Shown in pieces: positions 37,901 to 50,499 of a stretch of 64,000 nucleotides of DNA (within the stretch, counting starts at the first letter, position 1; each line of letters starts with the position of its first letter). The notes beneath the pieces were generated by a model. That model did not search any database. It worked only from the letters and a program-made list of their open reading frames with translations, and had not been told where the DNA came from. A program made the position numbers and the translations under genes. The stretch comes from Takakia lepidozioides (taxonomy: Eukaryota; Plantae; Bryophyta): contig CM060733.1 of the NCBI GenBank assembly GCA_030704615.1, positions 64,170,001-64,234,000 on the forward strand, written 5' to 3'.

Positions 37901-38500
37901 ACATCTATATTGGTGAGGTTTGAGAAAACATGCAGGTATTCCATGCCAGGTGGGAGATCCTCAACATCGTCGTGGTACGCATGCGCATCCAACACAAACC
38001 TGTTCCAGTTCTCCCTCAGTGTCGGCAATATATTCCCGGGCCCTGAAAAGTGAGTCACCAACTCTACAGCCCGATCAGATAGGAGGTACTATGGAGGTGG
38101 GGTGTAAGCATGGTGACGAGCTCCCCACAACAACATCTCATCACGAACAAACGCACACTTCGTCTCCCTGGTCGGTCTCGCACAACAAGTATCCACTATT
38201 GTCCACTTTCGGGTCTCACCCAACGAGAATCCCAAAGAACTGCCCGGAAACTCGTCACCATGTGCGTCGGTCCACTGAACTCCAACTCCACCATAATATC
38301 TCCCAGCTCCGGGATTCGCAAATGCGAGGGTCGAATTCCACTTCGTCAAATGCAGGTGGCACCATGACATGACTGCATCTTCCAACTTCAGACGGAAGAG
38401 CGATATCGACAAACAACTGGAGGATGAGAGAGAAGAGAACCATAAATACCCCGACTTCTGGTTTGTAATGCAGTTTCCCCTCTCTGAAACCCACAACGGC
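34986..38500 (-). pseudogene. Mutator-like (MULE) DDE transposase with N-terminal Cys/His zinc domain and C-terminal SWIM
   Basis: CVGKLRCLNPAC...CAHC; WVMFDH...TMGAHVYD; GFLA(H)NAQAHWAAVRRVYG; CGFHW (CxxH); PNTNMAESVHS; YTITISELPTCNC (SWIM, truncated). Multiple stops and frameshifts. 5' limit approximate. Confidence 0.8.
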
Positions 38501-38596
38501 TATGCGCACAACAGCTATTCTCACCTTCTGTACATTTTTTTCAATAAGTCTTGACAAATTTCCACAGTGACATCTTTGTTTTATATTGTATGGAAA

Positions 38597-39757
38597 AAAA
38601 TGCGGCACCGTATTCCGTTGTGTTTGTAACTGACGGAATTGATGAACATAAATGCGGTGCCGCATTTCCGTCCGGAGTATTCCCCTGAAACAGTCCTGAC
38701 GGAAAAGAGGGACTAGATTGAGAGACCACGTCTATATGAAGATATGGTGGAACGGAAATGCGGTGCCGCATTTCCGTCCGAGGTCCATCACTCAATGCGT
38801 CATCACGGAAATGAATGTAAGTGAAGCCTACCTTTCAATCCTCCAGAACGGAAATGTGGCACCGCATTTCCGTCTAAGGTCTACCTTTCTATTCTCCAGA
38901 ACGGAAATGCGGCGCCGCATTTTCGTCCAATATGTAACGCATGTAACAGTGGAACGGAAATGCGGTGCTGCAGCACCGCATTTCCGTTGTGCATGTAAGG
39001 CATGAAACAGTGCAACGGTAATGCGGCACCGCATTTCCGTCCGAGGTGTACCTTTCTATTCTCCAGAACGGAAATGCGGCGCCGCATTTCCGTCCATTAT
39101 GTAAGGCTTGTAACAGTGGAATGGAAATGCGGCACCACATTTCCGTCCGAGAGAAACCTTTCTACTTTCCAGAACGGAAATGCGGCGCCGCATTTCCGTC
39201 CAACAAGTAAGGCATGTAACAGGGGAACGGAAATGCGACACCGCATTTCCGTTGTGATTGTAAGGCATGTAACAGTGTAACGGAAATGCGGCACCGCATT
39301 TCCGTTCTGGATGAAAGTCATGAAACAGTCGAACGGAAATGCGGCGCCGCATTTCCGTTTTGGATCTCAGGCATGAAACCGCATTTCCGTTCTGGATGCA
39401 ACTCAACGCTGCCTAGAATGGAAATGTGGTGCCGCATTTCTGTCCGAGTACTTCCTGTCAATGTTGCTTGACGGAAATGCGGCACCGCATTTCCGTTGTC
39501 ACTGTAACTCATCAGACGCTGAGACGGAAATGCGGTGCTGTATTTCCATCCGTGGCATACAATTTCCAACAGTTCCAACGGAATGCCCCTCAGCATTTCT
39601 GTACTGGCTTCTACTTCATGATAAATGAACACCTAGCCCAACGGAAATGCGGCACCACATTTTCATGTGTCTCGAGTCCACCTTGGCATTTTTATCCAGC
39701 ATCGGGATGCGAAACGTAAGGTGAGATCGAACGGTAGTAATGCGACGCCGCATTTTG
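38597..39757. repeat. 53-bp-period array of the same 22-bp palindrome, between divergent transposase and ParB-like genes
   Basis: Starts at 38850, 38903, 38956; 39017, 39070, 39123, 39176, 39229, 39282, 39335; 39420, 39473, 39526. Confidence 0.95.
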
Positions 39758-40290
39758 ATGTGTGCACTTATGCTGGCTGAAGTGGCAGGAGGCGGCGGGG
39801 CCTGACCGTTGGATAATGATGTTTGTCCGGCAGAGTGCACGCGTACCTTTAACGATTCGAAATTCCTAATGACACATAGTCCACGAGGAGACACTTCCAG
39901 CCCAGCCTTTCGAACCCAAGTGGAGCATCCCTGCCGTTTGATGTTCTTTTGTCATGGTTGCTCACTCACCCCTCTCGTGCCCTTTCCAACTGCACTCTTC
40001 GCCCCTTTTCCGTGTCTCTGTTCTTCTTATGCTCCAACCTGAGAGAGAGGAAGTTCCTGCACCAGAGAAGAGACGTCGTCGCAAGCTCCGCAAGTTGTAC
40101 TTCGGACCCAGCCAATGCCGAAGGGGAAGAAGCAGATGAGTCTTCAGGAGGAGATGGTCATCGCGTAGCAGCAGGCAACGCAGCCTCTAGTGAGAGCTCC
40201 GTGCTATCGGGATGCGCGCAGCTGATCGAGCACCGAAACCCTCCCTCCTTTTCGTTGTGCAATTGTTAGACTGTATGTTAGGACACTTGA

Positions 40291-42720
40291 ATGGAGAAGA
40301 TGTTTGCATGCCTAACTCAAAAGGTGGAGGTGGTGGAGGGATCGCAAGAATCCGAAGAGCCGCAGGAAGAAACCGTGGAGGTAGCTGCAGCACGCACACC
40401 CAGCCGATCCACGAGCACGGGTCTTCCTGCCGAGCCTAGCCCTGTGCATTTCAAGGACGTGGTTTGGAAAGGCAATGCTTTGAAGTTGAAGGCACAAGAC
40501 AAAGACGCACGGTTGAAGAACTTCAGAATACTGTAGGCCCGGAGGAGGCCTCTGAAATGCGACAATTGCCCGCAGATATTCCCCAGACTACAGGTGCAGT
40601 TGGGGATGCTCCATCTGCTCAGCCCCTACCGCCACCTGCAGATATATCTCCGGAGGAATTCCAAAGTGTAGCGGATACAATGTTGGAGGAGACACACAAC
40701 AGTATTGGCAGAGTTCTGGGCAGCAGGGTATTCCAGCGGACACTTCAAATTCCACTCTGTCACATGGTCTCCCTCCCCATCGTCAGGCAGGCTCTTCCAG
40801 GTGATGTGGATAAGCTCAAGTTCGCATTTCGAGAAGGGTATCGTCTAGGTTCTCCCACCTTCTACGTTTCCATTGAGAATGAGGACGGCGATACTCGTGG
40901 GCCCACAGCGGAAGAATTGTTATCATGGGATACCCACTGGCACACTCGCAACGACAAATTCGAGACAATGCTAAAGGGTGATCCAGACTTCGGCCATATG
41001 TCGGGCAAAATGTTTTTGTGTGGGACGGGAATCACCGACTTCTTGCCTGGTGGGAGTACATCAAGCAGAACCATGCCAAGCAAATTGGCTGACATTACAT
41101 GGTGGAGTATGTCATCCTCAAGGTGAAGGCGGCAGACTCCTCCCTGCTCAAGAATGCTATGGCGGACCTCAACTCGTAAGATTCTCATCCCCTCCCATGC
41201 AGATCCAAAATGCGGTGCCGCATTCCTTTTAATTCCAATTAGTTTTGTTTCCGCCCTTCAATGAACTGAATTGGAGAGTGGGCCTTGCAGGGTCACTGAA
41301 AATGCGTACGTGCATACCCATGCCATATGTTGTACCTATAGGGTGAGGAAAACTAGTCTCACTGACCCGCACATGTTTGCCGAACTCCTGGAGCCCGAGC
41401 TCATTCAAAAAGCCATGGCTAGAACAGACCGGACATGGTATCGGCTCACTATGGATGGAATGGTAGAGGTGGTATACGAAGTAAGTCGTCCTCCCATTTC
41501 CCTCTCCTGATCCTTCTCCAATTTCCAGTCATCTGTCCACATGGATCGTATGTAATGCTTCTGCATGTTGTTCTTTGCAGTCAAACATCAAGCTGGATTT
41601 GGCCCATGCCAAACGCTTCTTCATGGAAAGTGAGGGGCAGTCCAAAACATTGCAGGCATTGACTGACCACTTAAAGGAAGCCGGGGTGAAGTCCAGAACC
41701 AAATACAAGTAAAAGCTTGTGAAGCTGGTGGCCATTGCAGATCCGGCTCTCGGAAAGGACTTCATCCCCGAGATTGCAAAACATTATTCTCGGGCCATGC
41801 AGCCGACCATGCAGTTGGAGAAACTGCATCACCTCTCAACGGCATGTGTGGAGGCGAAAGAGAAGGTGAGGTTGCACTGCACTGAATTTCCTTTCTAGCA
41901 ATAGCGACTATACTTCCTGCTCTTGACATTGGATCGGAAATGGCAGACAAGGTGGCTGTCGTTCTGGAATGCGTCGGAGAGTGTAAGGACCATGTGGTCT
42001 TTTCCACTCGAAGTTTCCGATCCTGCCGTGGATCTCTGGCTCAACCACATGACTTGGTGGTTCTAGGTAATTCAAGGTACTTCCCCCCATTTCCTTTGCT
42101 GGCATGAATTCCATGAACGGCTATGTGACAATGCATGTTGGAAACGCAGGTAATGACAAATGCGAAGGAGCAAGTCATCCTCCATACAAATTCGTTCGAC
42201 TTGTACGTCAAATGGGATGGAACACATACATTGGAAGATTCAGATGTGAGTACAAGGACAACCTCTTCGCCAGGGAGCTGCAGACAGCAAGAAGGAGCGT
42301 GGAATATACACATCAGGAGGTTGATGCGAATTGTGTATAGGTAAAGCCCAGCTCCCATTGTATGCAAAACCTGGGATATGAGGTTTGCCTGGGAAATGCG
42401 GCACCGCATTCGCACTTTATGTTTTCGGTTGCACTCTGCGAATACATTGTTCAAAACCATTACTCACGCATGTGGACTGTGTTGCAGGTATACGAAATAC
42501 GTGCTACTTCAGACAGGGGCCCTGGCGCAAGAGCCCCTGTTTTTCATGGCTTGGACCGTGCCGGACGCAAGCTGTGTCTACACACCAGAGATGCCTCGCA
42601 TTTTGCTGGATGCCCTTGGTACCTGGACATGTCTGGCGGACTTGTTGATGAATCGAAGAAAGAGCTGCACGCGAAAGTGGAGGAGAAGAGAAGGAAAGAC
42701 GTGTCCTTGATCTCATACTT
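40291..42720 (+). pseudogene. Multi-exon ParB/Srx-like gene (5' part of a ParB-MTase gene), 3'-truncated
   Basis: IPLCHMVSLPIVRQAL..DVDKLK..F..GY and, after a 1-nt frameshift, VWDGNHRLLAW (~41018-41050). GT-AG introns. 42121-42710 is an inverted homolog of 34985-34365. Confidence 0.7.
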
Positions 42721-44704
42721 GTCCGGTCTATGTAAGAGGCATGTAGAACATACTGGCAAAATTTCAAATCATTCAATTTTTTTTTTATCAAGGAACCTTT
42801 GGTTTATCCTTGTCACCATTAACGATTAATCACAAATAAATGAACAGACGAATAAATCATTTGCCTCCAAATAATTTTGGTTCACTTTGAGACTTGGCCA
42901 GTATATTCAATGTACCATGGAAGAGGCCCCAGAGTAATATGAGATCAATCGAAATTCGTTCAATGGGCCAACGGATGGTTGCCCATCCAAATGATTTTCG
43001 TTCGCTTTGAGACTTGGCTAGTATGTTCAATGTACCCTCTAATAGGTCCCAATGTAATATGAAATCAATCGAAATTTGTTCGATGGGCCAATGAGGCGTT
43101 CAGTTGTCATCTGGTTTTTGTTCATTGCGAAAAAGAAATCTTGTAATGCATGCACGGCTATTGCACCCATTGAACGGATGTGGTTGAAGCCCCTCTTTTG
43201 CCCGCATGTGCTTGAACATGTGTGTGATACATGTGCGGAGACACAACAGACGAATAAATCATTTGCCTCCCCATCGACACCAAGCCATTCCATAATGTAA
43301 TTGAAATTAAATTAATTTTAAGCCAATAAATAGGTTTGCACTGCCTTTCATTGGGGGTTTCTGGCACGTATCGATTTTGTTTTTGGCTCAATTTTGTTTT
43401 GCGGCTTCAAGCATCCCACTGCTATTTCCCCGCCAAAATTTGGACCAATAAAAAATGCCCCCAAAAGAAATGTTCTCTTCGCTCACTATTGCAGAACTCT
43501 CTATGAAGAGTGCATAAAGTTGAACACAAATCAAGTTTGGCCATCTGTCAATGTTGCTTCAAAGCGCACAGTTCAGAGTCCAATGTTACTTCTGAGTGCA
43601 GGCTGTACTAAACATTATTTTAACTAATTTTGGACTTTTGTTTGGTCCAGAAATAATATGAGAAATATGAATAAACAAAATTTATTATTGAAATAAAACG
43701 ATATACATGATTATTTTGGTTATTTTATGCACAATATAACCATGAACAATAATCCTTCAAACATTTTTTGGAGACAATTGTATTGTGGTTTTAGAAGAAC
43801 ATCCACTGCCAAGTTGACGTTCACGAAAAAAATGGGAGGATGCAATAAATTACACCATGATGTGAGGTCAGATATGTACAACTTTTTGCACAAAATGGTT
43901 GCCATATCAGATTACATACAAAACCAAACATAGAACAATCATGGCATATGATGAAGATGATGACATGAAAGAATGTGTCCGCATACATTGATGATAAACA
44001 TTCATATTTTATTAGAGATTGCAACTTTGGGGTTGCAGTCAGACATAATGTAACGTCAACTGTACATCCGTTGGATTTAATGTTATCCAGCGGCTCGAAG
44101 CCATACAACGGCTTACACTAACCCATTAATATTACAGAGCCTCCTCCCAAACTGCTCGCAGTCAAGGCATGTGTTCGAAGACGCCTCCGGTTACCACAAC
44201 CACTTGCAACGGTCTCCGCACCAAAGGAAACGGAAAGACTTTCGGAGAACTCGAACCTAGTAGTAACATTATCATCCGAAATGTTACTTGGAACCCTACT
44301 TGTTGAATCTCTTAATGCTCTTGAAGCCTGCCGGGAAGCCCGCCATTCTTGCCAATCACGAAGCTCTTCTTCTTCTTTTCGAATTCGCTCCTTGAATGTG
44401 ACTGGGCAAAACAATTTTTCATATGACAAATGTCAGCTGAAATGTGGAACATTTGTAGAAAAAATAATAAAGTAAAAGTGCAAGTGGAAGATACTTTCAA
44501 GATCAAATTCTCCATAAACAACAAACAGTGGGATAAGTACATACCAAGGTAATCAGGTTCCTTTTGTTGTGGGGATCCAAACACGAGGATCAACACATCT
44601 TCCATACTAAGCCCAATAGGCATGGTCGCGACCAATAGGCTTACGAGAACACTTGGCAGGGTTCTCGCTGATGTAATCTACGACTGTTGAAGCTGCAGCC
44701 ATTT

Positions 44705-45786
44705 TCAATATATATGGCCACACAGCTTTGTCATATCATCCTGGTCAACCAAGCCCTTTGGTGATGGCTTGTATGAAATAGGGAAGAATCCAGTATTTGG
44801 TGGGTTTCGGAGGCCCTTTGATGGCTCATCATCGACAAGGAGTATTTGTCCCTGCACCTTATTCGGATCGTTTAGGAGCTTAGATAGCTTCACGAGCCTC
44901 ATCAGATCTTTTGACCATATAATCTTTGAGGGCCAGTCAGTGTAGTACTTCTTAAGATTGTCGTCGTCCACGTCTTGCACAAGTTACTGCGACAGAATTG
45001 AATAAGGTCAGAAATGATATCGACCTAACAAGCATGTTGTTTAAAGTTCATGAACCTCCACTGTCTAGTGGATGTTCATGTTGTTACAAAAATTGGAATT
45101 TGTTGAGAAATATACCTTGGCAGCAATGATCGTGTGTTGTCCACCGATGACGAAGAATCTGGAATTTTCCACCTCCTTCCAGTTTCGAGGTTTCGAACTA
45201 GAAACCTCCATAGGCTTCTCGGGGTTTGCGGGAATCAAATAAACTGGATGTTTGGAGTCGAACACCCGGAGCTGCTAAAGATGCGCTTTGACTTCGTCTT
45301 TGTGCTTCACATTTAGGGGCCTGTACACCATATCCCTGGGAACAAGCTCCATCATGGAAACTTTGACGTCCTAGGTCGCCTCAAACCCAAACGGAAACAT
45401 GTCCTTGTAGTCTTGCTCCAGCCTCTCCTGCATCTTCTCTCACTTCTCTTTGTCGAATATGTCTGCGGCCTTGGGTTTCTTGTTATCTGTCATGAAAGCG
45501 GGATCCATCTCCTCCTTTTGTTTCTTCTTTCCCCCTGATGTCCCGGCTTCATTCTCATCACCACCGGCGTCAATGGATTTCCGTTTTCCCTTCTTTGGCC
45601 GTGCTCTCACAGCCTCCTCCTCCCGCGTCTTTGCAATCTCCTTTCCCTTTAAATAAAGCACAACCAAGAAAATACCCCAAGCCATGCAAAAACCTTCATC
45701 TGTAAATTGAGTACCCTCGTCGCAATATGTGAACCCCGCCCGAATGGACTCTCTCATCATGGCCTTCCTTAGAATTCGTACCTCCA
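44705..45786 (-). pseudogene. Second ParB-like gene fused (probably by deletion) to an FCP1/NIF-like C-terminal remnant
   Basis: VYRPLNVKHKDEVK...FFVIGGQHTIIAAK then a GT donor. Next exon ...WSKDLMRLVKLS.LLN...ILLVDDEPSKGLRNPPNTGFFP. In-frame stops. Confidence 0.55.
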
Positions 45787-46349
45787 CACTACAACAAATT
45801 GCGGTTTTTACGACTCTATGTTATGACTGCAAATGCAGTTATGAAAGCCATTTACGACTTCATGACTCTGTAGTCGTAAAATCCTAGTCAGTTGTGGCAT
45901 GGCAGACATGACTCGCCAGCCTTTCTGTGACGTGGCGCCTGAGCAGCTGTGGGGGTAGTCATACACGCTGGCTTTACTAAATGACTGAACGGGTCCATGT
46001 CAGCCGCTGTGTAAGAGAGACACGTGCTCTCTACAGAACATGCCATGTGTCAGACTACGACGCCATCCCGACTGCAGAGGAGGGAATCGGACGTTAGCAC
46101 GTGTCGCATCGTGATTTTGACACGTGGTTCCTCATGTCAATTGACACGCGTCGATGTGGGGGGGGGGGGGGGGGGGTTTGGGGATTTAATTTATTGTTAT
46201 TATAATTACTATAACAATAATAATAATAATTATTATTATTATTACTTTTGACCAACAGGGGACAATGGCACATTATTAAATAACGAATTTTTGAAATTAT
46301 ATTCTTAGATAAAATATTTATTCGCTCAGATACCAAAACACACCCTTAC

Positions 46350-48189
46350 GGGGAAGGAGAGTTTGCCTTAGTGCCTATGCTGAATTGCGTCTGCTACTCT
46401 CTGTAATCTAACAGGCATTCACCTTTTTGCCTCTATTGTCCCACCATTGACTGGGGTCAGAAAAGTTCATTCCTCATCTCTGTTACCTGTTTATGGATAC
46501 TTTCCTATTGTCACTTTGGCAGTATCATGTCAAAGTCACTCCAAACTATCTACCATCTACCCATGACCATCTATCCATGCGGGTTTATTGTAGCTATCAT
46601 TCCACAGGGAATCATCGGTAATCTGGAGCTTGAAATCCGGCTCTCTTGGATGATCTGGACCCACACTCTATCCCTGCTCCTTCAGCTATCCATGCCTCTG
46701 CACAAATCATGCATATATCCTTGCATTGCTGTTAGCAGCTGACAATGATAGCCTACATTCGTCCCAGCAAACACCCAACTCAACTTATCACACTAGTTCA
46801 TATTCTCAATTGCATCTGCTACTCTCTGTAATCCAACAGACATTTACCTTTTTGCCTCGGTTGTCCCACCATTGACTGGGGTCAGAAAAGTATTCATTTC
46901 ACTTCCCCTCATCTCCGTTAACTGTTTTTCGATACTTTCGTGTTGTCACATTGACAATATCATGTCAAAGTCACTCCAAACTAGATTCACTCAACCAGCT
47001 AACTTGCAGACATTGAAATTTAGGGCCGGTTCTGATAAGAGGGAAAAACAGGGTGAAATGTGTTGAAGAAGGTGCCTTTATTAGCAGTGTCTGATTTTAT
47101 CAATTGTGCCGCTACTCCTGCGGCTTCCAGTTCACCATCTACCCATGCAAGTTTCTTATAGCTATTGATCCACAGGTAATCATAGGTAATCATGTGCTTG
47201 AAATCTGGCCCGCTTGGATGAATCTGGACCCATACTCTATCCCTGCTCTTTCAGCTATCACTGCTTCTGCACAAATCATGCATACTTCCTTGCCTTGCAG
47301 CTGATAATGACAGCCTAGATTTGTTCTAGGAAACACCCAACTCAGCTTATCACACTAGTTCCTATGCTGAATTGCATCTGCTCTCTATAATCTAACAGGC
47401 ATTAACCTTTTTCCCTCGGTTGTCCCACCATTGACTGGGGTTGGAAAAGTATTCATTCCACAACTTCTCCTCGTCTCTGTGACCTGTTTCTGGATACTTT
47501 CCTATTTTCACATTGGCAGTATCATGTCAAAGTTCAGATCGACATCTACTACAATTCCAGCTTGGACGATGTTACCACGAACCTCTTTGCTATTTTGCAG
47601 GGCTGCCAGGCTTGCACACATGTTGCAAACGTAACAAACGCGATGTGGTTGCGCTGCAGTATCCCTTCCCACACCACTTGCTCATAGACCTCTCCAAAGG
47701 GCCTCCATCCCGCGCCGCTGTTGTGCATATCCTGGGATCATCATCCTCCATGCACCCCAATTTGGCATACAAGTCCACAAGGGCATAGTTCAGAACAACA
47801 TTTGTTTAATTCCAGCTTGGACGATGTCATCACAAACCCCGTCTTCACTCATTGCCTACTCTAGTTAAGTGCAATTATGGGCTAGGCTGGTACCACATCT
47901 CATTCAACCATATTATCAAAACAGCCATGTATCCTTGTAGTTGCACCCTGCAACCTTGGCATACATGTCCACTACGGCAACGTTCAGAATCACATCAGAT
48001 ACAATACCAGCTTTGATAATATCACCGTGGACCTCTGTACCCTTTTCCAGGGTTGCCAGGCGTGCAGTTGACATACATATCCACCAAGGCAGTGTTTAGA
48101 GTGACATCGAGTGGTACAATTCCAGATTTGATGATGGACCTTTGCGTCCTTTCCAGGGCTACCAGGCTCGCATTTGACATACGTGTACA
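46350..48189 (-). pseudogene. PDF-exon/intron module repeated about three times plus PPR fragments (continues at 57871-58730)
   Basis: Module start AATTGC.TCTGCT at ~46383, 46808 and 47370. PDFKHM/PDFKLQ exons and ALVDMY motifs. Confidence 0.85.
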
Positions 48190-50499
48190 CACTAGAAGCA
48201 TTCGTGTCTTTTTCAAATCGATTGCATGTCCGCGACCACTCCGGAAACCACTTGGTAGTAAACGGGACTACTGGAGAGTCGAAACAGACAAAATTTGAAA
48301 AAGCCAAAATTGCAAGTGGTTGTAATTACTGCACATGCGACTACAAATTTTCATTCCTAATTCGATTAATGGAATAAAGATATTTATTCATTAAAGTGAA
48401 TATGTAGTCGACTCAACGACTCCATGAACCACTGCGCATTCATTGCACCCATGACTCGGCAGCACATTTGCTGACGTGGCTTTCACAAAAAGAGGTAAAC
48501 AAAATGTGGCCTTGGGGGAATAGATATTTTAATACATGCTGCCTCCACCTGGCCTGTCTGGCAAGGATGCAAGTGCTGCGTCGGACATGGCGGGACGTGG
48601 GAATGCAAATCCTGACACGGCAAGGCCTTTGTATACTGTGAGCGCGCGTAGTGGCTTCTCAGAACGGTGTGACATCGGGTTCTTGGTCATTCAACATTTA
48701 CAGAATGTGCTGGATGGAGGCACGATGGAGCGCACGGAGAGGTAAAGGCTGAAAGCGTTCATTAAGGTTGTGAACTACAATTATATCATGCCAAACCAGT
48801 TTTTCGGTACGCAGATGGTGTCATGAGAGATTCTGCGATTTGCGCATAGGTGGACTTAATTTTGATGTTGACTTGAAGGCAAATGTGACACCAGTGAAAC
48901 TGGAAACTACAGGTAAGATGATGGCATGCTACATCGCGACATAAACCTGCATTTGACATTCAGGCTTAGGATTCATGCAATTTGGTGCTACTCAGGCCTG
49001 CACAGTTCCAGAGCAAAAGTGGGAGCCCATCCCAGGGATGGGGACCTCGTAAGTGCTTCTTCATTTTGTACTCACCTTGTTTTTGCATCGCACTTGTGCT
49101 ACAAGGGGCAGAGCCATTCATTTGGCTGGAGGTTCAATTCCTCTACAAGTGAGCTATTCCCGTGTCACTACAATCAGTTAGATGTGTTTGTGGTGGTTGC
49201 TGGATTTGCGGCTCTGGGGTGTCTTGCCAAGTGCTTGCAGGGATCAACGTTAATGTGGACGGGGCAGTACATGTAGTCAGTGAAGGACCGAAAGTGAGGA
49301 AAGAGATATGTGTATCACGTCTGTGGGATTCCTAAAGGGCCACAAGGAGTAGAACAACAAACAAATAACCATAGAAGGGCCCACAAAGAGTCAGAGAACT
49401 ACTCAAGGCTAATATCAGTTCATTGTTGCAACTGGCCCCACCATTTGACCTTGAATTTATGTCGTCGGGAGCTTAAGGAACGAATGCCAAACTCGCCCCG
49501 AACAGCCACATTGGCTGTTTTGGAGCATACTGACATGCACATGAAAACCGTGTCAAGGGCTTGGTGTCAATTGTGCTAAGAGATCAGCTAGTGAGTCGAG
49601 GTAACCCTCCCCGTGATTGTGAAAAAGAAGATATACCGAGTCATTTTCTTATCCAAGCATATATTAACCATGATAGATGAGACCTTTAGTTTTTGGATGG
49701 ATAATAGACAAGGCCGCTTTTAAGGACATTGACCATCCTACCAGGACTACCTCTCATTTGCTTGAAGCCTGGACCGCAATAAGACATTGAGGATATGAAC
49801 TGTTCAAGCATTACAAAAAATGAAAGAAACAAAGAAACTGTATGATGTCCACTGGAGATTACAGAACAAGCCTGCATAACAGGCCAACCAAATGTCAATT
49901 GTGTGAATCACTACATCTAGTTGTCTGGAGGACTGTAAGTGGTTTAGGGTTTAACGTCTCAAAGTCGAAAAGGCACGACACGTGTTCATATTTGAAATCA
50001 ACAACGGCCGGATCTTCACCTTGAGCTCGGGGGGTGTGTGATCACACTCCCCTCCTTGTCCTTCTTTCCTCCTTTGCATGTCTTGGTCTTCCTCGCTCGT
50101 CTTTGTCTTGCTCATGGTCTATGTCCTCGCTCGTCTTCATCTTTGTCATGGTCTATGTCCACGCATAGTAAGAAGCGGTCGACCGCCGAGGCAGCATCAC
50201 CTCCTCCCACTTGTGCACATTCCAGCCCCGCGGTGCGAAGGAGCCCCCGCCTGGCTCGACTGAATCTGGTACAGATGGCGTCGGTGCGAGAGGGAAGGCA
50301 GAGCAGTGGGCGGTCTTCCAGTTTGGATGTTGACACAAGCGACTATAGCATGGGTGACGACGATGAGGTGGAGGACAGTTCGGCGGAAATTGCACCTCCA
50401 TCTGCAGAGTCTCTCCAAAAGGTGCGCAAACGGCACAAACCCGCTGCGCATGAGGTGAGTTCTACCCCTACTTCTGTTCATGTTCTATGGACGTTGAGT

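Noticed and set aside
38597-39757. CRISPR array (palindromic repeats with constant-length spacers)
   Set aside because: Spacers are related to each other, repeats are degenerate and also dispersed in introns, there are no cas genes, and the context is eukaryotic.
32238-42720. Bacterial contamination or recent prokaryotic insertion explaining ParB/MTase
   Set aside because: The genes have GT-AG introns and are interleaved with plant transposons.
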